Part shown: positions 23,584 to 34,255 of the stretch, piece after piece
How the letters are laid out: the number at the start of each line of letters is the position of its first letter
Position numbering within the stretch: the stretch's first letter is position 1
DNA from: a candidate division WOR-3 bacterium
GTDB taxonomy: Bacteria > Hydrothermota > 32-111
NCBI GenBank assembly: GCA_037481815.1
Contig: JBBFKX010000001.1
Span: forward strand, 736,001 to 800,000
Direction of reading: 5' to 3'
DNA: 64,000 bases
Translations under genes and position numbers: made by a program
Notes under the pieces: generated by a model
What the model was told of the DNA's origin: nothing
The model's input: the letters and a program-made list of their open reading frames with translations, nothing else
Database searches by the model: none

Positions 23584-25030
23584 AAATCTTTTACTGATTT
23601 CTATAATTTCATTTTTTATTGTCTGTATAATTCTTTTTCTCCTTTTTGGATACAATATATTTGGGAGTAAAAGAGGGCTACTTTTTTCAGCCTCTTTTAT
23701 AGTGATTCTAATTTCGACTGCAATATCTTTACTATTATCTTTAAAAGATTTTTCAATACTCTATATATTAACTTTACCATTCTTTTTAAGATTAAATGTT
23801 ACAAGATTTTACATCGAATTTTTTCAATTAAAATTCCATTTGATAACGGTTTCGATAATATTTTTCATAATCGTTGGAATAATTAAAATTTTTATTGAAG
23901 GAAAGTTTCCTAAAAAAAGTGATATCAAAGATTTTCTGTTAAATTATTCTTTTGTTCTTATGCTCACCGGTGGTATAATGTCCTCTTTAGTAACAGAAAC
24001 AGCTGTTGGAGGAGATAAATCTGTTTCATTTTTTTCTACAACATTTGCATTTTTAATTCCATTTTTTATCTTTTTTATCTTTTCAAACGCTTTCAACACT
24101 ATCGGAGAGATAAAAACTGTACTTCTTTTTTTTACATTCTCATTCTTTCTTAATACGATTTCCGGTTTTCTGAACATCTTAATGAAATTTGACCTGGTGG
24201 AACTATTTCTTAACAGAGCATCGTTCAATTTTATAGGTCCAAACGTTTATGCAGCTACCGCCTTAATTTTCGTTCCAGTAACTTTTTATTTTCTTAATGA
24301 AGAAAAGGGAAGCAAAAAATTTTTGTTTTTCATATTCTTCATATTCATCAATCTCTCAATACTCATGACTATCAGCAGAGGTGGTCTTCTTTCTTTGGTT
24401 TTAATTTATCTTTTATTCTTTTTCCTGGCAAAAGATTTCAGAAAAAATGTAGCAATACTTTTTTATATATCTTCTGGGATTGGATCTTTAACCTTTGGAC
24501 TTTTATTCAATGTGATTTCAAGATTTTTCAACATCTTCACAAGAGCAAAAGTCACCGAATTCAGTACCCTGATCAGAGTCAACGCATGGCAACTCTCTCT
24601 ACAACAGATACCTTTTAATCCTTTAGGTATAGGTGGCAACCAGTTTCCAAAACTCTGGAGAAACCTTGGGGCTTTTCCTGAACAGTTGGTTTTACATTCC
24701 CATAATCTGATTTTGGGTTTAACTCTTGAATATGGGATAATAGCAATAATTGGATTTGTGTTTTTAAACGGTTATCTGTTGTACAATCTTTACCGGATCT
24801 CAAAAAAATTCTCTGGAACAATAAAAAATCTATCAATCTCATTCTTTATATCAATTCTTTCCTTCTTTTTTATGGGAACGATTTCCGAAGGACCAAGAGC
24901 ACACTTGAACAATGATGGATTTTTAACAAATGATCCTTTGATAATCTACTACATGTTTCTTGGAATAGTATATTCTTTCATAAAAGTGGTCTCAAATGAA
25001 AAAAAAGATACTTTTAATAGCACCACCTGA
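23552..25030 (+). CDS. O-antigen ligase/polymerase (Wzy_C family)
   Basis: Polytopic membrane protein; GPNVYA, TISRGG, R..AW, PLGIG, HSHN..L.LEYGII. Confidence 0.82.
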   Translation: MIHSRKEKIFENLLLISIISFFIVCIILFLLFGYNIFGSKRGLLFSASFIVILISTAISLLLSLKDFSILYILTLPFFLRLNVTRFYIEFFQLKFHLITVSIIFFIIVGIIKIFIEGKFPKKSDIKDFLLNYSFVLMLTGGIMSSLVTETAVGGDKSVSFFSTTFAFLIPFFIFFIFSNAFNTIGEIKTVLLFFTFSFFLNTISGFLNILMKFDLVELFLNRASFNFIGPNVYAATALIFVPVTFYFLNEEKGSKKFLFFIFFIFINLSILMTISRGGLLSLVLIYLLFFFLAKDFRKNVAILFYISSGIGSLTFGLLFNVISRFFNIFTRAKVTEFSTLIRVNAWQLSLQQIPFNPLGIGGNQFPKLWRNLGAFPEQLVLHSHNLILGLTLEYGIIAIIGFVFLNGYLLYNLYRISKKFSGTIKNLSISFFISILSFFFMGTISEGPRAHLNNDGFLTNDPLIIYYMFLGIVYSFIKVVSNEKKDTFNSTT

Positions 25031-26072
25031 ATCAGCACACACTTTGGATTGGATAAAATTTTTAAAACAACTCGATATGTTTAATCTGTTTTATATTTCT
25101 CTTAAAAAAGATTTTAAACCAGTAGAAAACAGTTTTTTTATAGATTTTGATCTGCCTTTCTATAAAATAAACCTTTTGAAAAGTTATTTTAAAGTTCAAA
25201 ACATGATAAAAAAAATTCAACCTGATCTAATTCACGCTCACTATCTTTTTCCTTATGGACTCCTAACACTTAACGATCAGAAAAAAACTATAATCTCATT
25301 CTGGGGAAGCGATATAACAAATGACTACAAAAATTCTAACTTTTTTTTCAAATATCTTGCAGACCTATCGATAAAACAGGCAGATTACATTACATTTGCA
25401 GGAAAACATTTAAAAAAATTTTTCAACTATGAAATCAAAGAATCTGATCTTTTGATCTGGGGGGTCGATAAGAATTTTATCGATAAAATCGATCCTTTAG
25501 AAAAAGAAAAAATCGGTTTTTCAAAAGATGATTTCATCGTTTTAAATTTACGCTTTATAAGGGAAATCTTTCAAATCGAGAGAGTTATAGCAACCTTAGA
25601 AGAGTTGAATAAAAACTATAACAATATTAAACTTATTTTGATAAAAGGGGATGATTCTTCTTACTATAGAATGATAAAAGAAAAATGTAAGAACCTTTCT
25701 TTTGTGAAAATCTTAGAAAATTTTTCAAAGGAAAAGTTTATATCTCTGATCAAGGGTTGTGATTTAACACTTTCACTCTCTTTAAGGGATGGGAGTCCGG
25801 TATCTGTTAAAGAAGCGATGATGTGCGAAAAGATCGTTTTATATCAAGATATAGAACCGATGAAGGAATTCTTTGGACAAAAAGATTTTTTGACATCCTT
25901 AAAAACACTGGAAAAAAAAGAATTGTATGAAAAAATTTTATTTTATTATAAAAATAGAAATGTTTTAAATGAAACAGGGAAAAAGATGAAAAAGTTTGCA
26001 GAAGAAAATTTTGAAAGAGAAAAATGTTTTAAAAAAGGTTTAGAAATTTATAAAAAACTTCTTGGAGAATGA
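24996..26072 (+). CDS. Glycosyltransferase family 4
   Basis: PDLIHAHY, SFWGSD, DGSPVSVKEAMMC. Confidence 0.85.
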   Translation: MKKKILLIAPPESAHTLDWIKFLKQLDMFNLFYISLKKDFKPVENSFFIDFDLPFYKINLLKSYFKVQNMIKKIQPDLIHAHYLFPYGLLTLNDQKKTIISFWGSDITNDYKNSNFFFKYLADLSIKQADYITFAGKHLKKFFNYEIKESDLLIWGVDKNFIDKIDPLEKEKIGFSKDDFIVLNLRFIREIFQIERVIATLEELNKNYNNIKLILIKGDDSSYYRMIKEKCKNLSFVKILENFSKEKFISLIKGCDLTLSLSLRDGSPVSVKEAMMCEKIVLYQDIEPMKEFFGQKDFLTSLKTLEKKELYEKILFYYKNRNVLNETGKKMKKFAEENFEREKCFKKGLEIYKKLLGE

Positions 26073-26073
26073 T

Positions 26074-27261
26074 TTGAAAAAAATTCTTCATCTTTCAACG
26101 ATACCCGTATGGGTTATTGGAAAAAATTCTGGAATGCCTTCTGTAATGAAAACATTAAAATATTATGATGAAAAAGGTTTTTGCCAACTGTACATTTATC
26201 CATCTAATAAAAATTCTTCGAAAATATTGTTTAAAAATTGTAAAATATTATCTTTGAAAATCCCTGAAATATTTTTAGATCAAAAACACTTAAAATCATA
26301 TCACCTTTTCAACAAATTAAGATTCATATACTTTTCAACAATATATCCCTTTAAATTAAAAAATGTAATAAAAAATTTCACCCCTGACTTTGTTTATGCA
26401 CATTTACAGTATATGCCTTTAACTTCCTATATACTTTTCCGCAGGAAAAAACCGATCTTTGTAAGATATTATGGCTTCGTTGACGCTTACAAATATATTT
26501 TAAACAACAGATTTTATAAATTTGAAGAAAACCTTTTACCTTTCAGATTGAACCTTACAGGATATATTCTTGTGAACGATGGTACAGGTGGAGATGAAAT
26601 CGCATTCAAACGTGGTGTTGATAGAAAAAAAATTTTATATCTAATAAATGGAGTTGATGATTTTCCCTCTTTGACGGAAGAAGAAAAATTTGAGTTGAAG
26701 AAAGATCTTAAAATAAAAGAAAAACCCGTTTTTCTTTTCCTTAACAGATTATCGAAACTTAAAGGTGTTGATCTTTTTATGAATTTCTTAGAAAAATTTC
26801 CTGAAAAAAAGAGTGTAATTTTTTTAATAATAGGAGATGGGGATGAAAGGGATAACCTGTTAAACTTTTTGGATTCAAAAAAAATTGATTATAGATACAT
26901 CGGAAGCGTCAAACAAAATGAAACTTATAAATATTATCAAATATCTGATCTGTTTTTATCCTTTAATGTCCTATCCTCCCTTAACAACCCGGTTCTTGAA
27001 AGTGTTAAAAATGAAACTCCTGTTTTAAGCTTAAAAAGAGGTTTCAAAACTGAATTTATGAACGACTATATTTTTTCTTTTGATACAGTAGAAGAGATGG
27101 TAGATTTTGCAAAACTCTTTCTTTCTATCAGAAGAGATCAAAATGAAATGAATAAAATAAAGGACAGGATTAAAAACTTTGAAAAACATTATCTTTGGTC
27201 ATGGGAAGAAAGGATGAACACTGAATTTGATTTTGTTAAAGAAAGGTTGAAAAATGTTTAA
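26074..27261 (+). CDS. Glycosyltransferase family 4
   Basis: INGVD, RLSKLKGVD, IIGDGDER, NPVLES. Likely start TTG 26074 after GGAG (ORF track gives 26062). Confidence 0.82.
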   Translation: MKKILHLSTIPVWVIGKNSGMPSVMKTLKYYDEKGFCQLYIYPSNKNSSKILFKNCKILSLKIPEIFLDQKHLKSYHLFNKLRFIYFSTIYPFKLKNVIKNFTPDFVYAHLQYMPLTSYILFRRKKPIFVRYYGFVDAYKYILNNRFYKFEENLLPFRLNLTGYILVNDGTGGDEIAFKRGVDRKKILYLINGVDDFPSLTEEEKFELKKDLKIKEKPVFLFLNRLSKLKGVDLFMNFLEKFPEKKSVIFLIIGDGDERDNLLNFLDSKKIDYRYIGSVKQNETYKYYQISDLFLSFNVLSSLNNPVLESVKNETPVLSLKRGFKTEFMNDYIFSFDTVEEMVDFAKLFLSIRRDQNEMNKIKDRIKNFEKHYLWSWEERMNTEFDFVKERLKNV

Positions 27262-28507
27262 AAAGTCACTTTTAACATTTATAAGTGAACTTATAATACT
27301 TTTTATAGGCATAGGAACAACGATTATAATCAATAGAGGTTTAGGACCAGTAAACAAAGGATATTATGCTTTCATTATACTCGTATCTTCAACTCTCTCA
27401 ATGGTTCTGGAATTCGGGTTTTCTACAGGACTTTCATATTATTCAGGGAAAAAAATATCAATTTCAACGGATAAATGGAAAACCTTGTCTATAGTTCTAA
27501 CACTTCTATTCTTTCTAATTTCAACTGTTGCGACTTTCCTTTTGATTCTATTCTATGACGATCAGAGAGGTTTTTTTATAATTCCATTGTTATTCTTTGT
27601 ACAGATATCTTCAAAATTCACTCTCGGACTTTACCTTGGATCACTTAAGATAAAGCTTTTTAATATCATCAGGACACTTCCAATCTTCATCGAGATAACA
27701 TTATTAATATCTCTGATAATTTTGAAAATAAAAATAACTCCAATAAACATATCTCTTATATACTTTTTCTCACTTTTTATACCTCTTACGATGTCGATAT
27801 ATTTTCTTTTTCCATTCAAATTTCAATTCCCTGATTTAAAAGAACTTATCTCAATAACCAGATACAGTTTTTTTATATATCTTGCAAATCTCATGTCTTT
27901 TTTAAATTATAGAATCGATATGTTTTTGATATCATTCTTTTTAAAACCTGAATACCTTGGATGGTATTCCGTTGCTGTTTTTATAATTGAAAAGACACGA
28001 TTGTTATCACAATCAACTTCACTTGTGAATTTCGCATTAAAAGTCAACCAGGATGTAAAAGATTCTTTTGAACTCTCCATGAGGATCGTAAACACCATAA
28101 ACATTCTGGTTGCAATTTTTATAGTAATAACAGCGTATCCACTGGTAACCATTCTTTACTCCCCCGCATATAAAGAATCAATAATTCCTATGATCATTCT
28201 TGCACCAGCCATACTCTCTAATGGTTATGCAAAAATGTTATCTTCGGAACTATCAGGTGACGGAATTATAAAGGTTCAGTTATTTGCTTCGATAATAAGT
28301 GTTATGATAAACATCCTTTTAAATCTTGTGCTCATACCAAAATTTAAAATCGTTGGAGCATCGGTCGCATCACTATTTTCATATTCTTTGAACACTTTTA
28401 TAATTTTAATATTCTTTTTAAAACATTATAAAAAGAGTTTAAAAAATATGATTATAATCTCAAAAACCGATTTAATTAAGATCAAAAACTATTTTAAATC
28501 TCTTTGA
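27254..28507 (+). CDS. Wzx-type polysaccharide flippase
   Basis: About 12 TM segments; RGLGP..KG, NYRIDMFLI..LGWYSVA, LIPKFKIVGA. Confidence 0.85.
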   Translation: MFKKSLLTFISELIILFIGIGTTIIINRGLGPVNKGYYAFIILVSSTLSMVLEFGFSTGLSYYSGKKISISTDKWKTLSIVLTLLFFLISTVATFLLILFYDDQRGFFIIPLLFFVQISSKFTLGLYLGSLKIKLFNIIRTLPIFIEITLLISLIILKIKITPINISLIYFFSLFIPLTMSIYFLFPFKFQFPDLKELISITRYSFFIYLANLMSFLNYRIDMFLISFFLKPEYLGWYSVAVFIIEKTRLLSQSTSLVNFALKVNQDVKDSFELSMRIVNTINILVAIFIVITAYPLVTILYSPAYKESIIPMIILAPAILSNGYAKMLSSELSGDGIIKVQLFASIISVMINILLNLVLIPKFKIVGASVASLFSYSLNTFIILIFFLKHYKKSLKNMIIISKTDLIKIKNYFKSL

Positions 28508-28508
28508 T

Positions 28509-30506
28509 ATGTATCTTTTTTTTATTTTTATTTTAGTTTTTTGTGGTCTAAATCTTAACGGTTCAATCAAAAATGAATATCTTGTTGGATGGTATTTAAA
28601 CAATGATGAAAAAATTTCAAAATCTTTCCTTGGTATAGATGGTGGATATTATAAAGATGATTTTACTACCTATTATGATCTTTTTATACAATATACTCTT
28701 TATAACAGAGAAAAAGATTTAACAAAAACTGATCCTTTAAAGTTCCAACAGTTGTTAAACTTACCACATTCAAAATATATGATTATCACTCTCCCGGCTT
28801 ATTCAACATTTTCAAGAAACCTTTTTTCATTTTTCAACTCAGATTCAAATAAAGTGTCAATTCTACAGTATGGAAAAGTTTTTTTGATAAATAGAGAAAG
28901 TCAAAAAATACTGGATGAAAACAATATTGGAGATTATGTATCTACATTCTGGGACAAAAACATTCCGACATACGGAGTTCTTAAAGTTAAAAATTTAAAA
29001 AAAGATGAAAAAATATTGATCGAGATTGATAAAGATAAAATTTTCAATTTAAAGTCGAATGCGGCTGTAAACATCTATTTTGATATATTTGGTTTATCCT
29101 ATAAATTGCTTAATAAAAACTCGTACATCAATATAATTTTTGAACTATCAGTTGAAGATTCTCTTTTCCATTTTATAATTGGAAACAGAACAAACACTTT
29201 TATTGATCAAAAATACAAAAATTTTATCAGAACAGATTTTAATTTGAATACGATTTCAGGTAGTAAAAAAGTAAAAATATCAAAACAGGATCGAGTAAAA
29301 TATATTTTGAATATACCTTCAAATCAAATCTCCGATACCATCTGGCAAACATTTCAATTCAATCTAACAGATTTTCTCAATGAAAAGTTAGGGTTAGAAA
29401 ATTATAAAATATCTGGACTAAAAATCATATTAAAGGATACATATGTTGGCAACTTCAGTTTTTCTTATAAAAACCAAAAAAAGGTTCAACAGGTAAAATT
29501 TATAGTTGACTCATTATGCTCTCTTGACGATAAAAGAATAATTGGATTCTATCTTGAAGATGAAATAGAACCAAAAACTATAATAAACCTCGACAGATGG
29601 TTTTTTGAATACCGCAGTGATATTTATCAAAATAATCTTCTAAAAAGAAACGATGAAACAACCGTTTACTACATGAACGAGATTATCAATTATATTAAAA
29701 ACAAAAACTTTATCCCATTTGTTTTACATTCAGCGCAATTTTATGATTATAAAAATGATGACAAACTAAAACTAATGATGTTCGAAGATACTTGTTTTCT
29801 TCTTTCAAGTGATTATATAATGTTTGACGATTATCTTTACGATGAATTTTTTTTAAAAAGGTTTAAAAAAATATATGATTTTGCAAGACAAAATTCAAAA
29901 AAGATTCTTTACATAGGGGATGCCTATAAAGATTTAAAAAATGATAAATTAAAATTTGATAAAATAAAATGGAGATTCTTTTCTCCCTATATTTTAGGTT
30001 CAAATGGAATAATTTTTTATGCATATTATTATGACAATACCGACAGTAAAGAAAAATTTCAAAATGACTTTTACAAACAAAAAATAGGACTCTTTTCAAA
30101 ATTTTTAAGTGAAAGCTCGTTAAAAAGAATAGAAAATTCAAAAGAGTTTTTTATTCAAAAAGGATTCTTTGAAAGATATTCAAAAATTGTTGTAACAGAT
30201 GATGGAAGAATATTTTTTCTATATCTGACAAACACAAAAGATGAGAATTATCCTTTGATTTGTCCATTCGACGTTGAAGACGAGGATGTGGCAAATTTAA
30301 AATCGTTTCTTGATGATAAGAAATTTAATGTTTATCAGATCGATTTCAAATATTTTGAAAATCCCGAAAAGGTAAAAGAATACCTGCTACCAGTATCCGT
30401 AAAAAATAAAATGAGTTTAACTGAAATTTTAAAAAATGAAGATTTATCAAAGTTCAACAATAGGTTTGATATAAAAATAGCAGTATTTCAATATATCAAA
30501 AAATAG
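28509..30506 (+). CDS. Secreted hypothetical protein, possible glycoside-hydrolase-like TIM barrel in C-terminal half
   Basis: Signal-like N-terminus; IIGFYLEDE, DYIMFDDY, GSNGIIFYAY. Confidence 0.5.
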   Translation: MYLFFIFILVFCGLNLNGSIKNEYLVGWYLNNDEKISKSFLGIDGGYYKDDFTTYYDLFIQYTLYNREKDLTKTDPLKFQQLLNLPHSKYMIITLPAYSTFSRNLFSFFNSDSNKVSILQYGKVFLINRESQKILDENNIGDYVSTFWDKNIPTYGVLKVKNLKKDEKILIEIDKDKIFNLKSNAAVNIYFDIFGLSYKLLNKNSYINIIFELSVEDSLFHFIIGNRTNTFIDQKYKNFIRTDFNLNTISGSKKVKISKQDRVKYILNIPSNQISDTIWQTFQFNLTDFLNEKLGLENYKISGLKIILKDTYVGNFSFSYKNQKKVQQVKFIVDSLCSLDDKRIIGFYLEDEIEPKTIINLDRWFFEYRSDIYQNNLLKRNDETTVYYMNEIINYIKNKNFIPFVLHSAQFYDYKNDDKLKLMMFEDTCFLLSSDYIMFDDYLYDEFFLKRFKKIYDFARQNSKKILYIGDAYKDLKNDKLKFDKIKWRFFSPYILGSNGIIFYAYYYDNTDSKEKFQNDFYKQKIGLFSKFLSESSLKRIENSKEFFIQKGFFERYSKIVVTDDGRIFFLYLTNTKDENYPLICPFDVEDEDVANLKSFLDDKKFNVYQIDFKYFENPEKVKEYLLPVSVKNKMSLTEILKNEDLSKFNNRFDIKIAVFQYIKK

Positions 30507-30544
30507 GTTTTTTTTTACAATTTTAACAGTTCTGCTATTTAAAC

Positions 30545-30572
30545 TTGACATAGATATTTATAGAGTTATTAT
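30545..30572 (+). promoter_or_regulatory. Promoter for HD-GYP gene, probably leaderless
   Basis: TTGACA-N16-TATTAT, 6 nt before ATG 30579; no SD. Confidence 0.55.
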
Positions 30573-30578
30573 AAAATT

Positions 30579-31730
30579 ATGAAAATAGATCAAAAAGAGA
30601 TTTTGAACGAACTTATAGAAATCTCGATAATGATTAGTTCGATCCCCAACCTTAACCAACTTCTTGAAATAGTTTTAAAAAAAGCAAGAGAGATTACAAA
30701 TTCTGATGCCGGTTCTCTTTACTTAAAAGATAAAAACAGGTTGGTCTTTTTGATAACCCAAAACGATACATTAAAGGACATACATAAAAAGTTTAAAGCG
30801 TTTCCTATAAACATTGATAAAACATCGATAGCAGGTTATGCTGCTTTTACAAAAAATATTATAAATATTCCCGATGTTTATATGCTTTCAAACGAGTACC
30901 CATTCTCTTTCAACGATGAATTTGATAAGAAAAATAATTACAGAACAAAATCGATGCTTACAATACCAATGAAGGATAACGAAAATGAGGTTATAGGTGT
31001 TTTACAACTTATCAATTCAAAAGATGAAAAAGGTAACATCACATCATATTCAAAGGAGATCGAAAAGATAATAGAGTCGTTTGCCTCAATAGCAGCTGTT
31101 TCAATAAAAAATGTTCAACTCAAGGAAAATATCAAAAGAGCATATCTTGAAACGATATACAGATTATCAGTCGCTGCAGAATACAAGGATACCGACACTG
31201 GAACACATATAAAAAGAATGAGTAAATATTCTGAACTCATTGCAAAAAAACTTGGATTTTCAGATGAGTTCTGTGAGTTGATACTCTATGCATCCCCATT
31301 ACACGATATTGGAAAACTTGGTATTCCTGATGCAATTCTCACAAAGCCAGCAAAACTAACTCCCGAAGAATGGGAAATAATGAAAAGGCATACAACGATG
31401 GGATATGAAATTCTTGCTGGATCAACAGAAAAATTAATAAATTTTGCTTCTTCAATAGCGTTAAACCATCATGAAAGATTTGATGGAACAGGTTATCCAA
31501 GCGGAAAAAAAGGCGAAGAGATTCCCATTGAAGGACGTATTGTAGCACTTGCCGATGTTTTCGATGCTCTTTCTACAAAAAGACCATATAAGGATGCATG
31601 GCCACTGGATAAGATATTAACAGAAATAGAAAATCAGAGAAATAAACAGTTTGATGGAAAAATCGTCGATGTTTTTCTATCAAATCTTGATGAGTTCTTA
31701 AAAATCCAAAACGAATTTAAAGAAGATTAA
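30579..31730 (+). CDS. GAF plus HD-GYP cyclic-dinucleotide phosphodiesterase
   Basis: GAF (FDKKNNYRTKSMLTIP..IGVLQLIN); HDIGK, HHERFDGTGYP, ADVFDAL..RPYK. Confidence 0.92.
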   Translation: MKIDQKEILNELIEISIMISSIPNLNQLLEIVLKKAREITNSDAGSLYLKDKNRLVFLITQNDTLKDIHKKFKAFPINIDKTSIAGYAAFTKNIINIPDVYMLSNEYPFSFNDEFDKKNNYRTKSMLTIPMKDNENEVIGVLQLINSKDEKGNITSYSKEIEKIIESFASIAAVSIKNVQLKENIKRAYLETIYRLSVAAEYKDTDTGTHIKRMSKYSELIAKKLGFSDEFCELILYASPLHDIGKLGIPDAILTKPAKLTPEEWEIMKRHTTMGYEILAGSTEKLINFASSIALNHHERFDGTGYPSGKKGEEIPIEGRIVALADVFDALSTKRPYKDAWPLDKILTEIENQRNKQFDGKIVDVFLSNLDEFLKIQNEFKED

Positions 31731-31987
31731 ACTTTTAGTTTTAAACTCACCATTTTTGCTGTAACACCACTTATTTTTTGTAAATTCTCAAACAACTCTT
31801 TACCCTCTTTGTCGGTTCCAGCAAGTTCAACGATCAAAAGTCCACATTCAGAACACTTGTTTTCAACACCATCATGTATTCCCAATCTCGTCTTTATTAT
31901 ACAACCATATTTTGTTAACGTTTCCTGAACCTTAACAGCGGATTTACTTCTGTTTGAAACAAGAATTAGGATAACATTTTTTTTCAT
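31727..31987 (-). CDS. TM1266-like small ACT-fold protein (second paralog)
   Basis: NR...VQETLTKYGCIIKTRLGIH aligns with NR..VNQILTDYGYIIRGRMGI of 1730..2005. Confidence 0.72.
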   Translation of the reverse strand: MKKNVILILVSNRSKSAVKVQETLTKYGCIIKTRLGIHDGVENKCSECGLLIVELAGTDKEGKELFENLQKISGVTAKMVSLKLKV

Positions 31988-33429
31988 ATAACCTCCTTAA
32001 AATTGAATTTTAATTCCTTTTCCACAAAAACTTTATCCTTAAAATAGAATTTTAAATCATAATCGGTTAAACTGTCAACAAAAAAACTTTTATTTTCTAT
32101 TTTCACTTTCTCTTCCCTCCGTTTTAGTATCTTTTTGAGTTCATCTATTGAAACACTTTTAAATTTTTTTTCTCCGGTTAATTTTATAATTTCAAAAAGA
32201 TATTTTGAATAGCCCTCATAGGTAAACTCATCTAAACTGGAAGGATGAAATATAAAACTGAATACACCTTTTAAATCTTCAATCTCTCTTAAGACCTGAT
32301 CTATATTTTCTGTAAAATTTATCCCTCTCATCTCTTCCAAATACAGAGCACTATCCATAGATATAACGGGAAACTCCAGAATATTATCATGAAGAAAAAT
32401 AGGATTTGCAAAACCTGTAAAAAAAGAGGAATTTTTTCTATCCCCGATCGAAGAATCGGTGTTTATATTTAAATCCTTAAAAATTTTTACCTGCTTTTCA
32501 GTCAACCGGTTAAGAAAATGGAATCTCACATCTATCGACTCTTTATCTGTTATATCCTTAAACCTTTCAACTTCATTTATTATCATTTCTTCACTCAAGA
32601 AAGATTCATAGGAAAGATGTAACCCAACATCATATTTTTTATTAAGTTTTTTAAAAAGTTTTTCTGACTCTTTATAACTGTACCTTGATGTAAAAATATC
32701 TCTTTTTTTAGCAAAAATATAAAAAGTTCCCTTTAAACAATTTTCTTCAAGTATCCTTTGAATATCATCTATTCTATTCCATGGATCTTTCGTTTTATAT
32801 TGTTTTTTGATTTTAAAATACTGAGAAGAGATTTCGTCTTTAAAAAAATTTTTCCTTATTCCATAGTATATATCTTTTTTCCAGTCAAAGTAGCGAATTC
32901 TATCAACATCAAAAGTTAAAAGTAAAAACGGTTCTCTTTTTTGAATTTCAAGATAATAACCATTTTTCTTCAAAAAAAATTCTCTAACAGTTTTTCCAAT
33001 CTCAAAGAGTATCTTTTCAAGAAACGGTTTTTTTCTCAAAAGTTTTATTTTCTCAAAATCCTCTCTTTTTTTAAGTTCAAACTCATTGAATATAGATGAA
33101 TAGATCAAAGCAAAAATATCAAATTTTAAAATCAACGAATTCGAATGTATGTAAAAAAAATCTGACTCATAATCGATATAATCAAAATTAAGTTTGTTAA
33201 AAATCGGATGATCACCTGAAAAATCTATTCTTTCAATCTTTCCTTCATATAAAAGTGGATCTTCGAGTACATATACAACATTTTCTTCAATTTTATCCAA
33301 TGAATCAGTATAAACAATCCGATTTTTTGAAAAAGGTATTTCAAACGTCAAAGCACCGAGTAGGAAATTTTTTTTTAAAGTTTCAAAATTTTCTTTTTTT
33401 AATTTTCTTCTATCCTCAAAGGTTAACAT
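31984..33429 (-). CDS. Polysaccharide deacetylase-like protein
   Basis: LTFDVD, VGLH.SY, VRFHFL, DSSIG, P.ISMD, IFHP. Start likely ATG 33429. Confidence 0.72.
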   Translation of the reverse strand: MLTFEDRRKLKKENFETLKKNFLLGALTFEIPFSKNRIVYTDSLDKIEENVVYVLEDPLLYEGKIERIDFSGDHPIFNKLNFDYIDYESDFFYIHSNSLILKFDIFALIYSSIFNEFELKKREDFEKIKLLRKKPFLEKILFEIGKTVREFFLKKNGYYLEIQKREPFLLLTFDVDRIRYFDWKKDIYYGIRKNFFKDEISSQYFKIKKQYKTKDPWNRIDDIQRILEENCLKGTFYIFAKKRDIFTSRYSYKESEKLFKKLNKKYDVGLHLSYESFLSEEMIINEVERFKDITDKESIDVRFHFLNRLTEKQVKIFKDLNINTDSSIGDRKNSSFFTGFANPIFLHDNILEFPVISMDSALYLEEMRGINFTENIDQVLREIEDLKGVFSFIFHPSSLDEFTYEGYSKYLFEIIKLTGEKKFKSVSIDELKKILKRREEKVKIENKSFFVDSLTDYDLKFYFKDKVFVEKELKFNFKEVI

Positions 33430-34255
33430 ATTTTTTTTCAAGTTTAAAATACAATTTTAAGGAAGGATCAATTTTGCTTTTATATTTAGCGATCCTTTCC
33501 GTGTTAGCTCCAGTAAGATCAATCTTATAACCTTTAAAATATCCCTCTTTATATATCTGGTTTAAAAGTTTAATGGTATCTTTACCGGTTATCACATAAA
33601 GGTATGCCACTTTATTTCTATCATCAAAAAGAACAGCAACACTCGCTTTCGAACTTGAAAAAATTTTCAACAAATCTTTTTCTCTCAACGAATCGATGAT
33701 GTATATAAAATCTTTTTTATCTATATGACTTTTCCCCTTATAAGAAACTAAATAATTTTGAAATAGTTCCTGAGAATCGGTTACCAATTTTAACTCATCA
33801 AGGGAAACCGTATCGTTTTCTTTAAAATACTCTACCATATAAGAGTAACATGGGACCACATTTATTCCATTCCATTTAAAAATTCTGACATCATAAAAAT
33901 CGTAATGTAAGGGTAAAGAAAAATAAACAAAATTATTTTTAAGGAAATTACAATATGTTGATATTATATCTTTAAATCTAAAAAATTTCTTTTTTTCTTG
34001 TTCGGGATTGTTTTTCAGTATTATATTGAAGAATTGAGTGAACTGTGGAGTTAAAAACAGTTTACTGAAAAAAAATTTTTTCTCGTTGACAGGGAAAAAT
34101 GCTTCGATTCCATTTTCAGAGGATATGGAGTAGATTTTAATATTTTTTATACCTCCAAAAGTTTCAAGATACTTTCTTGAAACAAAAACATTGAAACCAA
34201 AAAAGTTTTCCGAAATCTTTTCGTAAAAATCAAAATCGATCCTATCTATTTTCAT
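33416..34255 (-). CDS. GNAT/FemAB-like acyltransferase-domain protein
   Basis: TPQFTQF and C-terminal IDLTGANTERIAKYKS, typical of polysaccharide-locus GNATs; adjacent to the deacetylase. Confidence 0.55.
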   Translation of the reverse strand: MKIDRIDFDFYEKISENFFGFNVFVSRKYLETFGGIKNIKIYSISSENGIEAFFPVNEKKFFFSKLFLTPQFTQFFNIILKNNPEQEKKKFFRFKDIISTYCNFLKNNFVYFSLPLHYDFYDVRIFKWNGINVVPCYSYMVEYFKENDTVSLDELKLVTDSQELFQNYLVSYKGKSHIDKKDFIYIIDSLREKDLLKIFSSSKASVAVLFDDRNKVAYLYVITGKDTIKLLNQIYKEGYFKGYKIDLTGANTERIAKYKSKIDPSLKLYFKLEKKYVNL

